Assembly: GCA_951406725.2 (NCBI GenBank) | Contig: OX597825.1 | Span: 38,378,001 to 38,442,000, forward strand | Source of the DNA: Octopus vulgaris | Taxonomy: Eukaryota | Reading direction: 5' to 3' | Length of the DNA stretch: 64,000 nt | Shown here: one piece after another, positions 21,994 through 37,774 of the stretch | Layout: each line of letters begins with the position of its first letter | Position numbering within the stretch: position 1 is the stretch's first letter | Made by a program: the position numbers and the translations under genes | The notes under the pieces: model-generated | The model's database searches: none | What the model saw: only the letters and a program-made list of their open reading frames with translations | What the model was told of the DNA's origin: nothing

Positions 21994-23099
21994 AACCCCT
22001 TGTTAGATATTCGACTCAACCTTTATAAATGTAGATTTGTGAACTTGAATTCTAGAAGTATGAGCATATTTTTTGCAGGATTATATAGTCAAATCAGGCA
22101 ATTGACGGCCAGAACAAAATAGCTATTCAGAAGATTATGAGATCCCACTAAAAATTCCATTGTTGATTTCATTAACATAATAACTTTTCAGAAAGATTTA
22201 TATATATAAGAATGCGGACAAAATCCCATGTAAAAGGAAAATGTCTTTAGATTCTGAATCATAATCGATCTTTCTAGGAAAATTTTCAAGCTTAAAGTAT
22301 ATCAATGTTTCTAAAACTATGGCTCATTGTTATGCTTTAGTTAAACACTTTTAATAACATACAATTAACCAATCACAATTTAATGCATTCCGTACGAAAA
22401 TATCACGTACATTTTAAAATCCTTTCAAAGTTAGTGAAAAAACACTGAAAAAATATTTAAAAAAACATTTTTTAACAGAACTTAAAATTTCTGATTCTCT
22501 TACGTCTAATTTTCATAAATTAATTCTCATTAATACGTTTATGGCATAGAAATTGTAACGGAATGATAAGGAAATTATGCGTTGATTACACTCTGGTATA
22601 ACCAAGCAAGCTAAACTCACAAATAACCCTACAATTTTTTTTCGGAGTTAATGTAATTATGTTTTCTATTATCATATCACATGTTATCCTGAGGTAAAAA
22701 GTAAACAAGAATATATTTATTCTTGGTTGTATGCCAGGAAATTTCACATATAATCTGAGAAATGACTATAAAACTAGTTTAGTATAGTCATTGACAAACA
22801 AGCATCAACTCAGTCAAGAAACACATGCATGCACGCACACATATACATACACACACAAGCACAAACTCTTCTTTAGGTATATAGACACATGTTTTAGATA
22901 CATAGATAGTATATATGTAGATTTACACACAGCCAAATAAACTCATATATAAATATATACATGTTTAAATGTGTATATGTGCATGTGTGCATGTGGGAAA
23001 ATGAATGTAACAATACATGAATATACGGATATGTAAATGTATAATATGTGCACCGGTGTAAATATCATATATACGTATATATTTGTTTATGTCTGTATA

Positions 23100-23214
<115 letters not shown>

Positions 23215-24140
23215 GAGTGGGAGAAAGAGGGAGAGAATGTATTAGGTGAGTTATACTGAGTCTCAAAAACATCTGAACTCGAACATATATATGCATACAC
23301 TCGTGCATATACAAGGACGTGGACATATATGTTCACATATGATTACATGAGTCTTTACGGAGCAAGTTTGTCTGTGCGTTTGTGAGTGTACGTCGTTCGT
23401 TTATGTGTATGTAAGCATATATCAATATAAAAGTGTTTTCATATTCACGTAAATACAGTTTCGTATCTATTCTTTTGAAACTTATGTTTATCGAATTTTC
23501 TTTCAAAATCCATTTCCTGCAGAGACGAAAAAATCTATTTCGTGGTTTAAAAGATAAAGACTTAATACTGAAATAAAATAAAAAAATATTAAAAACTGAA
23601 TATTAGAAATGTACAATGGTTAAGACATTTTTACCTAAAGAAAAGAATTGAAAACGAACAAGAAAGAAGCGATCGGATTTACTTCTAAGATTTAAAAAAA
23701 ATAATTTTCTTAAAATAAATACATTTGTATTAATTCTCGAAAAGCAATGCACATATTCTTATTGAAATGAGTGTTGTTATGTTTTTAATTTAACCTACAT
23801 GGTTGCAGCTATGACTTTACTTGCTTTTTCAATGTAAGGACATATGCTGGGGAAATGCAAGTGGTAGATTTCTAAAACTAATTTATTTATCTTTTCTTTT
23901 AACTATGAAATATGATATTCTGTGTTTGTGGAGGTATGTTTCATAATTGATAAAAAGGAATAAATTAATCGTAAATAACTATATACACATATATGTGTAT
24001 ATTATATATGTATGTATATATATATATATATACACACATATATATATATATATATATATACATACATATATAATATACACATATATGTGTATATAGTTAT
24101 TTACGATTAATTTATTCCTTTTTATCAATTATGTGTATAA

Positions 24141-24173
<33 letters not shown>

Positions 24174-25795
24174 AATATATATATGCATATGTATGTGTAT
24201 GCATTTTTATATATAAGTATATATATATGTGTGTGTATGTATATACATATATTATTATATATAGAAATATTCAGTACATGATTTATATTATTAAACACAG
24301 TTTAATAATCCATTCATATTTATGTAATGTATGGGATTAGATGACAAAATGAATTATGTCTTTTATTTACCATGTAGCTATACAATTTGTGTCATCCAAA
24401 ACTCCTCTGATATTCATAATAGACAATCGTAATAGTCATATCTGTACTCGTCGGTAGCTGGTATAAAAACTAAAAAAAAGAGTTAGAAGTTAGCCTACTT
24501 GAATCAAAACTAAACAATATATAAGTGAGTAACTGACATTCTCTCTATGAATTCCTATATGTGTCTGTTAAAAAGTCTTTAAATGAGTTATATAACTGGA
24601 CAGGCTGTAATTGCATGTACTTTGAAAATCTAAATACAAATTTAGTCCGTACTTAACCGTCAATTATCTTTCGAATTAATAAATTTGTAGAAAAAAATCT
24701 TGTTTAATAGTATTCAATAATAATTAGAGGTTTATAAAATTTATAATTTGAGTATTTATTGCAAATAATAGGTATAATATCCATAGAGAAAAACAAGTGT
24801 TTTATGTCGTAATTAACCATCTAGTCATAAAATTTGTATGTTTTTAAGAAAATTTAGAAATATATACTATACAAGTGATAAGGTCTAAATAAAGTCGAAA
24901 TAAAGGGGATTACTTAAGTTATAAACTTATAAACTTATGTAATCCGATATAGAGCCAAATAGTATATAAGAAAGCTTTTGTGCGATAGTGTATATCGAAA
25001 AATTGTTTATATTATTGTTGATTAAATTTTCATAGAAAGGAGAAAAACGAACGAAAAACAGAGTTGTGGGAATTTGTTGTAGTGTTATATCCTAGGATAT
25101 ATACAGGCGTACATAGATCTTTTCATATGCAAAAATAAATAGACTAACAACACATATATAAAAATATGTGCACTCAGATTCATTTGTATCTATACACCAA
25201 TACACATATACTTATGCGGATAATACTCACACAGTCATAAATGCTTATACACACATTTATACACATATAGACACGTATATATATATATATATATAGGCCT
25301 GCATACATATACAAATACATCTATACATACGTGTACATTCCCATATACTTATACTAACATACATATACACACATATGCACACGTATACTCGATCATTAGG
25401 TACTTATACACTGTCATAAGTGCATATATCCACATATACATGTACATGCATATACATTAACATATACGTATAAACTTACACACACACATATATATATATT
25501 CATAAATATACATACAAATATAGATCGATTGACATGTATACACATATACATATACACTCACACACATACATATATATACATCCATATAGTATAATTAAAA
25601 AGATGTGCCTACACTTAATCAAAAATAAATAAATATTTATATGCATATAAGAACACAGGCCTACTCCTATAAGTAAAAGTGCAAATATTCTAACGTGCGT
25701 GTATATTGCCAGACACAGCCATACTCCATATACTGGCGTTAGAGAGACCCAGCCAATAGAGACACACATATATACATACATACATACATACATAC

Positions 25796-25887
<92 letters not shown>

Positions 25888-25979
25888 TACATATTATATA
25901 TATACTTTTATCTTTTTTTTTATCTAGTTTCAGCTCACGAGCTGTGGCCATACTGTGGCCATATATATATTTATATATA

Positions 25980-26322
25980 CACTAGCAGCTACGCCCGGTT
26001 ATCGTTTTCGGTTAGGCATAATCTATGACAGCGTTTCTCAAACTTATTTCGGGTCTCCTGCTTCGATTGGAGCCTCCTGCTGTATGAAAATTTCATGATT
26101 TCCCCCACTTTCAGAAAACAGCTTCATGAGTTTTCAAGAACGAATTTGTACATAGACTGTTTCTGAGAGCTATTGTATTGGACATCTGTCTAATCATTAA
26201 AACATTGATTTAATTATGAACATAGAAAGAAATTATACATTAATCCCTATTTTTGTAAGCAGTTGTATCTGTAAAAATTTCATTTGCAGAGAGCAGAAAT
26301 TGAAAGATATGGGAAATGGATA

Positions 26323-26360
<38 letters not shown>

Positions 26361-26935
26361 CGTACATGTATGCTTGCGCGTGTGTATGTATTTACGATAG
26401 TTGATTTAGGGAAAAGATTATGTTAAGTTTTTGATATTCAAATATGTGGAAGAAAATTAAGCACAGACCTCTACATAGTAGCTAGAGCTGGAAGAAATAG
26501 CAACCAAATCTCCCTCAAAACTCACTACTGTTTTAATCCGACAATTCTGCCTATTATGCAGTTTGAATGAGAAACTTAACTAAAGATTAAGATTATTAAC
26601 CTCACAAAAAGGTGAACATAAGTGACACAGCATAGCAAAAGTTTTGGCTGACTGTCATCCTGTACTCCCCTTGTTGCTAGCGAAATTGTATATGCCAGCT
26701 GTGTGAGTAACTGGTTGTTTTAATGGAGGTCAAATAGGGGAATTCCATTAGAAAAAAGTTTTAACTGATTTTCACGGTAACTATCGGAGCTAGGAAAAAA
26801 TACTAACTGCATTCCAGTCTATGCATCCGTCTCCATTAGTGTGCTATTTTTTCATGCAAATCCACCAAGCCATTTGGCTGTGAACCTCCAGAAAAGAAAG
26901 AATGCAACGATCGTCCATGTCCAATTTATATTATA
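25980..26935 (+). mobile_element. Possible non-autonomous Helitron-like element with a nested hAT-like MITE (about 26029-26175)
   Basis: Starts ACTAGCAG..CCCGG in TA context and ends ...tttcatgcaaatcc...tttatattatata. The nested CAGCGTTTCTCAAAC resembles a hAT TIR. The call rests on motif resemblance only. Confidence 0.35.
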
Positions 26936-27055
26936 TATATATATACATATATATTAAAAGATACACATAGAGATACACACACATATAAATACGTACACTC
27001 TTATGCATATATAAGCATATATGTATGCATTCACACTCATACATACTCTTTACAC

Positions 27056-27460
27056 TTTACTCTTTTACTTGTTTCAATCGTTTGACTGGGGACATGTTTG
27101 AGCACCGCCTTTAGTCGAGGAAATCGGACTCATTCTTTGTAAGCCTAGTACGTATTCTATCGGTCACTTTTGCCAAACCGATAAGGTACAGGGACGTAAA
27201 CACACCAGCATCGGTTGTCAAGCGATGTTGGGGTGTGGGGAGCAAACAGAGACACACACACATATACACACACATACATATATAGATATACATATATATG
27301 ACAGGCTCCTTTCAGTTTCCGTCTTTCAAATCCTCTCACAATAATTTGGTCGGCCGGAGGCTATAGCAGAAGACACTTGCCTAATGTGCAACGCAGTCGG
27401 ACTGAACCCTGAACCATGTGGTTGGTAAGCAAGCCACTTACAACATAGCCACTCCTGTGC
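27056..27460 (-). mobile_element. tRNA-derived SINE (family B, CORE-like, internal CA/TA tract)
   Basis: Reverse complement matches 44483-44831: GGCACAGGAGTGGCTATGT...GGTTCAGTCC...GGCAAGTGTCTTCT...GACGGAAACTGAAGGAG. Confidence 0.8.
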
Positions 27461-27627
27461 CACAGGCATTATGTCAGTACATCAGTACATATAGACATAG
27501 TATACACACATACATATATATATATACATATTATTAATATATACATATATATTTAATTAATATGTGCATATATATCTACACGTGTGTTTACTATGTTTAT
27601 ATGTACTGATGCATGAATGTGAATATG

Positions 27628-27702
<75 letters not shown>

Positions 27703-29930
27703 TTGTATATACATCAGAATTAGAGACGTATCATACAAATTATACTTCTTCACGAAGTATAATTCACGATGAGAGTGTTGACCTCGAATGGATATACTAT
27801 TAGAAAGAAATATACATACACAGACCTTGAGAATTGAGTCGAATCCTATACACGAAACTATATGTATTTCCTATTTGAAAGACGATATCTCTAGGTATTT
27901 CATATACATATGAAACGTCATATACATATGGAATATCTATAGATATACAAATAATATATTAATCAAATCCGTATACACACACAAAGCGCATACAAAGCAC
28001 CTAAACACGCGCACACACACGCACACACACATACACACACGCACACCGAGTCAGATATATAGACAAAAACTCATGCGCAGGTATGGATACACATAATAAG
28101 GAGGCAGAATAGATTAAACAGAACAGGGGAGAGCACGTGGATGGATGAGAGACTGAAGAGATCTCAGATGTCTGAGAAAAGATTTCCAAACAATGGACAT
28201 TATATGAAATAAGGACAATAATAAACGAGTGAAGAACGAATATATAATGCGTGTTTATTTGGGACGAGAACAATGTTCATGCTTAAATATAACAATATAT
28301 TTTTGCGCACACTGTTTCAAATATTGTAAAATAAATTCATAAATATATGTGTGTATTTATGTATATATGTATATTTGTGTATATACATAAATATATACAT
28401 AAACACCCCACACCCATACCTGCAGAAAGTTATATCATGCAAAAACGATGTGATAAGGAATTCTTCAATAATATTTTTCAAAGTAATATTATTGAAGTTC
28501 AGTAAATAAAATTTAGGGAAAATATACTTAAATGATTAACGTTCGAAACAATTTATGTGCACTATAAAGTGAACAATTGCCATTAAAATAAGAGGCTTAT
28601 TATATAATGTGTTACAATACGTATTCTTCTCTGTTATCACTGACTTCAAAACTTGCCAAAATCAATTCCACCCTGTTTTTTTCGAGAGTTCAGTCTTGGT
28701 GCAACCAACTGTCGTTCACTTTATTGCTATCATGGATACTTCGTGGATACTTCTCCGGATAATGGATGCTTCTCCGGGTCAGAAGAGAGCTAGCCGTGGC
28801 TGTATATATATCTGAACGCATTTACAAAGTCACCTGACATAATTCGTGAAAGCATGAGGCATGCTACCAAGCTATGCAAATGACAGGTGGACATGTTTAC
28901 GTGTATGTGTGCATTAATGTGTATATGTACCAATTTTTGCTTGTCTGTCTGTATCTGTGTGTGTGTGTGCGTGTATGTGTATGTGTGTGTGTATGTATGT
29001 GTGTTTGTGTGTATGTGTGTGTGTGTGCGTGTATGGCAATTTTTATTGATGCATGGTCGGTCTGCCTGTTCAGCAAAGTAGCATCAACCGACAAGTAGAG
29101 AAACAGGTATATGATTTTATTAGAATGAAATTGCCTCGGGACACCTCATGAGGAAAGATGCATCCTATGAAACCAAACAGAGAAGAATCTGAAACCTCAC
29201 ACAACTAGTATATGTGTGTAAGAGAAAACAAAAAAAAAATTATTATACATGCAAAAACTTAGATAGAATGGGGAGAGATAAAGTGAAGTAGAATGCCTTC
29301 CATTTGACGCCGGAGGTTTTCTTGAATTTAATGATATAACATAATTTGATACACATACGTTAATGGAAAATAACAACAAGAAACAGAATATGAATCAATT
29401 GACACCAAAGGCGCTCATACATACTGTAACATTATAATGCTTGAGATTATAACCCTCAAAATATTCCTAGAAAATATTTCGTTTGATAATATCAAACTAG
29501 TCATTTGTAGTAGCCATAAATAAAAGGAATAATGAGGAAGTTGCAGTCAAAGCAATGTATAAGCTCAAACGTTGTTACCGAATAGCAAACACAATTATCG
29601 GCAGATAGAAATTAAAACGTAGAGTTAAGCTAATTAAGGAAAAAATGCATGAAGTGATTAAGAGATTACAGCTTGAACCAATGACACACAAACACACACA
29701 TACACACATGCATACATACAATCAGACAGACACACACACGCGCACACACAAAACACACACTCGCCCATACACACAGTATTTATGCATATATATACGAAAC
29801 AGAATATGTGAATATGGATATATAATATATTCATTCATATAAATATAAACACAGGTCAATACACATTCTTCCACAACTGTGTAAGTATCTAAGAGTATAT
29901 GTATGTACACATATATATGTGTGTGTGTAT

Positions 29931-30247
29931 ATTGCGGAGACCCCCTTCGGTCATGACTGACCATGGGATTGCACCTAGGAAGTTACCCTCCTGGGCACAA
30001 GTCCAGTCAAAGTTGTTTATGGAAGACCAGCAGTTGCCCATGCATACCGGCCTCCCCTCTCGAGGGCACGAGTGTTATTCAAAGGAAAGGCAAAAGCAGA
30101 TACAGCTTGGCACCTGGGATGTCGCAACTCATTTCTACCGTCTGAGTTAACTGGAGCAACGTGAAATAAAGTGTCTTGCTCAAGAACGCAACACGCAACC
30201 AAAACGATGGTAAGCTCGACGCTCTAACCACTGATCTATGCGCCTTC
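29931..30247 (-). mobile_element. tRNA-derived SINE (family C, CORE-like)
   Basis: Minus strand: GAAGGCGCATAGATCAGTGGTTAGAGCG (A box) ... TTCTTGAGCAAGACACTTTATTTCACGTTGCTCCAG. It is internally deleted. Confidence 0.65.
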
Positions 30248-30255
30248 ATATATAT

Positions 30256-30363
30256 ATAAATGAAAGAATGGAGTCGAACAAAGATGTTAACAAAATTCGA
30301 AACATGTGTCGAGAGTAAAGGAATTTTGTTAACATCTTCGTTCGACTCCATTCTTTCATTTAT
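30256..30363. repeat. 43-bp inverted repeat (1 mismatch) with a 22-nt loop; inverted 3' end of a PLE related to the 46-48 kb element
   Basis: Arms are 30256-30298 and 30321-30363. The loop GAAACATGTGTCGAGAGTAAAG matches the 3' half of the hammerhead at 46117-46202. Confidence 0.85.
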
Positions 30364-30519
30364 TCATATACAGCACACACATTTCTACACATGAACCCGG
30401 AGTTTCTACCCTTGACAGGTCGCTTCAACCGTGTTTTCTGACGTGAATTTGCTACCCAGGTTTCGGTTAAGCGAATTTTCCATGCTGACGATAAACATAG
30501 GATAATTCATTCACCTACT

Positions 30520-30596
<77 letters not shown>

Positions 30597-30819
30597 GTAT
30601 GTATCTCTCTAACGCGCTCTCTCTTTCTCCCTCCCTTTCTGTATGTATTTCTGTCTCTCTCTCTTTCTCTCTCTCTCTTTACACATATATAAGGTAGGAA
30701 AATATTTTAGGAGAGAAACACGTTGTCAATATATAAAGAGATAAGATGAAAAAACAAGATTTCATTTACAGGATTTAAAGGTATGTTAGAGCGTTGATAA
30801 TAAAGATAACATACAATTT

Positions 30820-31320
30820 TGTAGAAAAGATACGCTGATGGAATGTGACCAAATAAGGTTTGTATTTAATATAGTCTCCCTTGCGGTTGGCACAATTCTT
30901 CATTGGTGAAGAAGCTTCCTTCCTGTTGGTCATAAAATATCGTTAATAGGTCACAGGAGATCATCATCACTGTGATACTGGTTCCTTGAGAAGCGAGTGT
31001 TTTTTACACGCTGGAGAAGTGATTAAAGTCACATAGGGGTCAAATAACGAGAACAATGAGGGTGAAAACCAACTGAAAGCCACAATCGCGTACAGTTGCC
31101 ATTGAATTTAAGGACATCTATGCTGGTGCATTGTCATGACGAAAGAAGACCTCTTTCGTCAGTTTACCTGAGCGTATGTTAGTGACAGCTTTCCGTAACT
31201 GTCATATTATGTTGGTATAGTTTTCTCCATTAGTGGCATGGCCCTTCTGATTATAGTCATTAAACGCAACGCCTTCTGCATTCCAAATATTTGGGGCCAT
31301 CATTTTCCGCGTAGATGAAT
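30820..31320 (-). mobile_element. Mariner-like transposase relic
   Basis: Minus strand FRHDNAPA (about 31121-31144), followed by HPHCSRYLTP (decayed HPPYSPDLAP). A related short piece lies at about 33275-33340. Confidence 0.65.
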
Positions 31321-31875
31321 TATATAACTATAATGTTCGCAGATGGAGTGTGGAAACTTCAAGAATATGCAACCAGAAGAAGGTGCATGTATACATTACT
31401 GTATATCCGGCCTCCCTTTATAGAGTGGAGAGTAGCTCACGTCCTACAGGAACAGCAGCCGGTTCTTAAATACCATACCTTCTCCCCTTAGAATTTTGTA
31501 ACTTTTGTACCCATGTTCATTTGTTCTAGAAATATCTAAATATCTGTTTCTACATGAATGATCATTTCAATATTTTCAGTTTTCGTTTCATATATATATG
31601 CACGTATATTTTATATATCAAGTCCAAACGGGTTTATTTGCCTCATTCTTTCCATATCAGTCCACCAGTATTTCTCTAATAACCATTTTTTTTATATCGC
31701 GTGCGTACGGCTTCCTCTATGAAGTATCCAGTGTGTAATATCAGATTATTTGGGCACTACTAAGTGTTTCTCTATTGATTATATCTGGATCTCATCTGTT
31801 GATTTACACTGTCTTCATCTCTCTTACTATGTCTCTCTCTCTCTCTAAATATCTATATGCATATATATATTAATT

Positions 31876-31939
<64 letters not shown>

Positions 31940-33959
31940 GTATCTGTGTGTACATTTACACACACACATAAGCACACATATGGGCATACGTACACGCACA
32001 CTCACTCACACATAGTCATGTATGTATATGTATATAATAATTACATTATATCAAAAAATCCAGCATTAAGCATATTATAGACCCGAAAACAATATCGATT
32101 ATATATCGATGGACAATTGTTAATCAACTACACAAATATCTCATTAAATTTAAATTGAGTTAATGCCTAAGAGTGGTTACAAAGCGATTGCAAAGAAGAT
32201 GAAAGGAGAGAAATGAAATATAAAAATATAATCATATTGCATAAAATATGAAACAAATATTTGCATGAATCTTCATCCAACAATGACTTCATTCTATTTA
32301 CTCAATTAGTAATTAATTCATTCAGTTTTACTGTGTATAAAACTATTTCGCTAAACTTCATTTGGTTGCATAGTCATTTGCTGTTTTGAAAACTTTATTT
32401 GTTTATTTTGTTTGTTTTGTTAATGCATAATTTTCAAATATTCTCAGAGAACTTTGGCTGAAATTGAGAAACAACTTGCGGATTTTATGATAAATTTTTG
32501 GTTTTACTAAACATGAATTACGAAATACGATGAAAAAATAAAACAACGAGTAATAAAATAAGCAAATTAATTAAAAATAACTACAATAAATGTAGCAACA
32601 GTTTTAGAAGTGAGACAGCTTGTAGCCAAAACAACACTATTGGTTTCTAACAAGTAAAGAAGAATAATCCTCGTAATTTAGTTGTTCATATATTAACCTC
32701 TAGCAAGAAGAATGATCAGGAGGCCATTGATTGAAAATCGTTAGTCGTACTCCCAGCTACCCACATACGATGCATACGATATACAAACATTACTATCAAC
32801 TTAATAGAGGACCTAGATCACATATTACGTAAACAAAAGACGAAACATTGAAATTAAATTGGAAGCAGCACAATGAACTGGAAAACTAAAATATATTATA
32901 TGCAACATATAAAATCAATGTTACACACCATAGACACAAGTTTGCATCCGTTTCGCGATACCAGATTTGCACCAATTGGTGCAATAGAATGTGTAATTGA
33001 ACAGTTGCAACTATGTTAGTACATATATGCTAATTGTCCTGGCATCTCCATTGTTAACAAAAATAAATCTACTACACTGCGATAAAAGAGAAAACTACCT
33101 AGGTTTTTTTACCAACCAAACAACCGCAAAAATTTACCAGGATTTGGCGAAATATCAGCCAACTTAGGCTTCATAATTTCGGAAAAAAACTCAACTATGA
33201 TATAATAAAGAAAAGCTCAGACATGGAGAATATATGATACAGACTGACTATAAACAACAAATTCTATTTGTGCTATTGCCCTTCTGAATATAGTCAATAA
33301 GCACAATGCATCTGCATTCCAACTGTCTGGGGCCATCACCGTGACATGTAGTGTTTCTATAAGGGATAATTATGCAGTGAGAAAGTATTGAAGGCGTGTG
33401 TATAGATTCAGGCCAAATTATAACCAATTGTGGAAGTTACAATAATGTATGAATATTAAATTCGTCATGGATATTGAAATCGGAGAATTAGATCCAATTT
33501 CTTCACACAGTTGCTGAGGAGTTGACGGCAATGATTGACATAAAAAATGGTAACCACTTCTTGCCGAAAGATCTAACTAGATCAAAATATCAGCTATATA
33601 TGAATATTAAAACCTTATGATTGAATGAAGAATTAATAAAGACATTTTAATCAAATAGATGTATGAATATATGCCCCATTCCTTTCATTAACGAGAGAAA
33701 AAATAAACATTTATTGTTTTACGATGAGCTCCTATCTCCTTATATATTGAAACAATGTATCTAGCAACAAAAATATAAAACTGTAAAAGACGTTTTGCAG
33801 GTATGAGTTGTTGACAGTCAGTGAAAGGAGGAGTTTGATTCGATTCTGGCCAATATATGTACACACGGATATCATCGATTCGGCTGCAAAACCTACGCGT
33901 AAATATGCCTAAACATTCGCGGTGATAATGTATAACCATGGCACTATGATGATGATGAT

Positions 33960-34091
33960 TTATGATTTATGCTGAGTGGGAGATGCTAAGCTCCCATGTT
34001 CGAAAAAAATAAGGACAGAAATAATGTAACCAGCTGCAAGCGATGTTTCCTGGGGCTAAAGAGCAGTATCATTCGTCCCAACAGGGACTGC

Positions 34092-34125
<34 letters not shown>

Positions 34126-34198
34126 CGGGCCGAATAACAAGGAAAGTATTAGATAGCAGGGAGCAAGCCCGTCGCGCATGCAAGTTTCCAGGAGTTCC

Positions 34199-34263
<65 letters not shown>

Positions 34264-34275
34264 TAGTAATAATAA
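33960..34275 (+). mobile_element. 3' terminus of an R4/Dong-like LINE followed by (TAA)n
   Basis: TGRITRKVLD resembles the GTTRTLSKVL C-terminus at 14.2 kb. A short 3' UTR is followed by about 20 TAA units. Confidence 0.45.
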
Positions 34276-37101
34276 CTGTTAACTGCAAACGTAAACAGAC
34301 TGTATATGAAAAGAAGGAATGATGGCAGAGGACTGATTAGTAAAGACCAAAGGTTCTCAACGGCAGCCGTTTGGAGCTCGGTGGGGGAGTTTGAGAGCAA
34401 AAGGGCATTAGGGAGCGTTAAAAACTCGGGAGGCGCTAAGGAGGCGCTGGACGACCCTCAACTTTAGTAAGTTAACTTGAAATTAACGAATATCAGCCAT
34501 ATTTTCACATCTCTGTAGCAGTTAAGAAAAGCCATATCTTTTTGTTTTAAATTTTCAAAAATTGAAAATTCTTAAAGAACATAAGCTTTAAAACAGTAGT
34601 ACCTGCTAGTCTGATACATGAATTAGAATCCTACAAGTCCCGGCTAGCCTGAGGAAGCTCCAGCTTTAATTTTATTATCTTGTGGAACCTTGAGAATTCT
34701 ACATCTCATTCTTTCTAAGACCATCTTTTTCTGACCATATTATGTATACAAAACTTTAGTACTAGCTTACAGTCTTTTATGTTATACAAAAACAGAGCTT
34801 CTAGCTCTCATATACTTTATTAATCGTTATTATATTCTTTGAAAATCACTACCAAATATTCGTTTGTGCACATGTGTCAAAATGTAGGGATGTTGTGGAT
34901 ATTTGTTGTGGATATATAAAAGCGGGATGATTACAAGGGAATTGTTTTGAGGTTCTACTTCACAAGGAAATGTATATCAAAGGGTTTACCCAAGCTCTGT
35001 ACTTACAATATTCCTGTAAGCTATAGATATATATCTAAAGGCCACAGTTGTGTTATAACACGTCCATTCTATATGGTATAACATTATGTTTAGAAAGACA
35101 ATATACCATCACCAGCATTGTTGAGAACTAGGCGGATTTAATAGTGGTTCATGGAAACGTGTCGTAACCTACATCAGCTAGATTCTCCTGCATCTGCTGA
35201 AGGCCTGTGCAACCATTCTCCTCGATTAATAATACAACGGTATATTAATTTGCTTTTTCATAAGTTATGTAAATGTTGATTCTAAACTACAACTCCGAAA
35301 TATTTATCTTTTAGCTGACTGAATTCCAATCGTTTTCTAAACCTCGCAATTCAGGTAAAATATCACCGTTCCGTATAAAATTTCATTATTTTTCTCCGTT
35401 TCTAATGTTTGCTTTAACATCTAGTCCGAATTCCAGTTTTTCTTTAGTAATTCTATAGCGCTTGGTATGGAATGTGCCTATCCGTTCAAGTTAACGCTAC
35501 AATAAATATACTAAACAGCTTTTCGCTGCTGTGTTACATATAAAGTTTTCTCTGTCTTATATATATATATATATATGTATAAAATACTGAAAATACAGTC
35601 ATATGATTTTTCAACCAAACATCAAAGGATGGGACATAAAAATGTTATGAAGTATTCTTCTAGTTATAGCATGTTCCAATTTTTAGCTCGGTGTAAAGTA
35701 TCCAAAGTAACTCGGTTTGTATTCAATAGTATTAAGGTAAATCTAACAGAGGGAAAAGAAAATCGTCGCGCACAATTGCACAAAAGCAAACATAAAATAA
35801 TGCTTTCTAATTTTGCCACAATTCTTACGCTAGATGTAAAGTTGACTACAACTGGTATTTATATTGGTTACAAAAGAATGGAAGGCAAATTTGGTACGTT
35901 GTGAAATAAACTCAGTATGTAAGGAGTGAGAGCATAGGCTGACATATTTTTCTGTCTCTATAACAAATTCGAACCTTTTATATTTTAGAACCTTTTATAT
36001 TTCGTAATTTGTGCTCCAAGCGAGTTATTTGGAGGAGGAGAGTTTAGTTAATTCCATCAACAAAGTTTCAGTGATATTTTATGTTATAGATCATATCCCG
36101 AAATGATGAAAGATAAATTTGAAGTGGGAGGCAATTGATCAAATAAAGTGATTAAGCAGTAAATATCACAAGACAAGCTTCGCAGGCATTAGTAATTATG
36201 CCAATAAACCTCGAAAGTAATAATAGAAACAGCAACGACGAAGACGAAAACAACAACAACAACGGAGACCTTTATGATGATATTTCGGAATATGTGTCCA
36301 ACAGATGAAAATATATCAAAGGGTAAAATTATCGGAAATTTGAAGCATGAGATTAATATCAAAATAAAGGAAATTCAAATAATTCTATATTTTAATTTAC
36401 ATATTATAATAGGCTTGTATGTGAAGGAGTAACTCTATAGGTTAATGATATTTCTGCGTTAAGACTCCTTTTCCAAATATTATTGCCTGCTTTACAGATG
36501 TAAGCTGGAAGCATTAACACACTATAGCATTCTAAATCTTATTCAACTACTGTTGTTTAATTTGTCAAGAGGGCTTAGTCGTGAACGAAACAAACTATTA
36601 CCAGGACGAACAACTTAACGCCAAACAACTTCCAAAATAGTCACATAAATGTGGAAATTATATCTCCCTTGTGTTTCTCAAAATCGGATCGTTCCTATAC
36701 TTCATCACATTTCGACAAAACATCCTTAAGTGAGCAATGTTTCAACACTGAAACATTCTGTGAAACTGTTTCGTAAGTACTGCTTAAATGTGGATATCTT
36801 TGTCCATGACGCTTCCAAAAGTCACCACCTGATTTATTGCCACACAAATGATATAGACAGTCAACACAGGCAAACATCTCATAATTTATCAGGAAGTAGG
36901 ATTATTGTTCTGATTTCAAATACATACCATCTCCAATGTTCTGTTTTGAAGTTTGCATGTAAAGATTGTTGACAACCTCACACAACCAGCTATGCTTAAC
37001 CAACGTTTAATATTTACCTACGAAATGTTCTACACAACGTAAGAGTATGGTAAGATAAATACCTCATGACTAGACAATCTAAGGCTGAATCGTAAGAATA
37101 A

Positions 37102-37156
<55 letters not shown>

Positions 37157-37158
37157 CA

Positions 37159-37192
<34 letters not shown>

Positions 37193-37519
37193 CATACATA
37201 CATAAATATATACACACATACATACATATATACATACATATATACATATATATGTGTATATATATATATATATATATGTTGTGAGATATAAATAGGGCAA
37301 TAATTTATTTTCAGACGCACAAATGCCGATAGATAATATTAATAACAGGATGATATATCTATACAAAGCGGAGAAATATGTCAGCAACAAGGTGGGGCAA
37401 TTTATTCTACCAAGACCTTTAAAGGTGTTGCCCCAGAATAGCCAAAATCAGATGACGGAAAAACGCAAAGAATAGAAGAACATATACTCACGATTTGGAC
37501 TTAAAATGTTCCTGCCTTT

Positions 37520-37700
37520 GGATAAAGTAATATACTGGAGGATCAGTTAATTATGACTTTATTCAACATATTCGCGTCTCAGATGCACGCACTTATTACA
37601 GCGGTTCTACAGACTTCCAGAGTCCTGTAAAATTACTCGGAAATTTGGGCCTCCAGCCAGACCCTTCGCGTTACGCATAAAGCCAGCAACTTTTCAGCAG
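37520..37700. mobile_element. Possible mariner-derived non-autonomous fragment
   Basis: ttattcaacatattc..ctcagatgcacgcacttattacagcgg resembles mariner subterminal sequence and the start of the 30.8 kb relic. Confidence 0.3.
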
Positions 37701-37719
37701 CCAACGTGTGCATATCTTA

Positions 37720-37774
<55 letters not shown>

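Noticed and set aside
34348-35133. Possible hAT-like element bounded by GTTCTCAAC/GTTGAGAAC
   Set aside because: Only a 9-bp inverted match and no 8-bp target-site duplication found.
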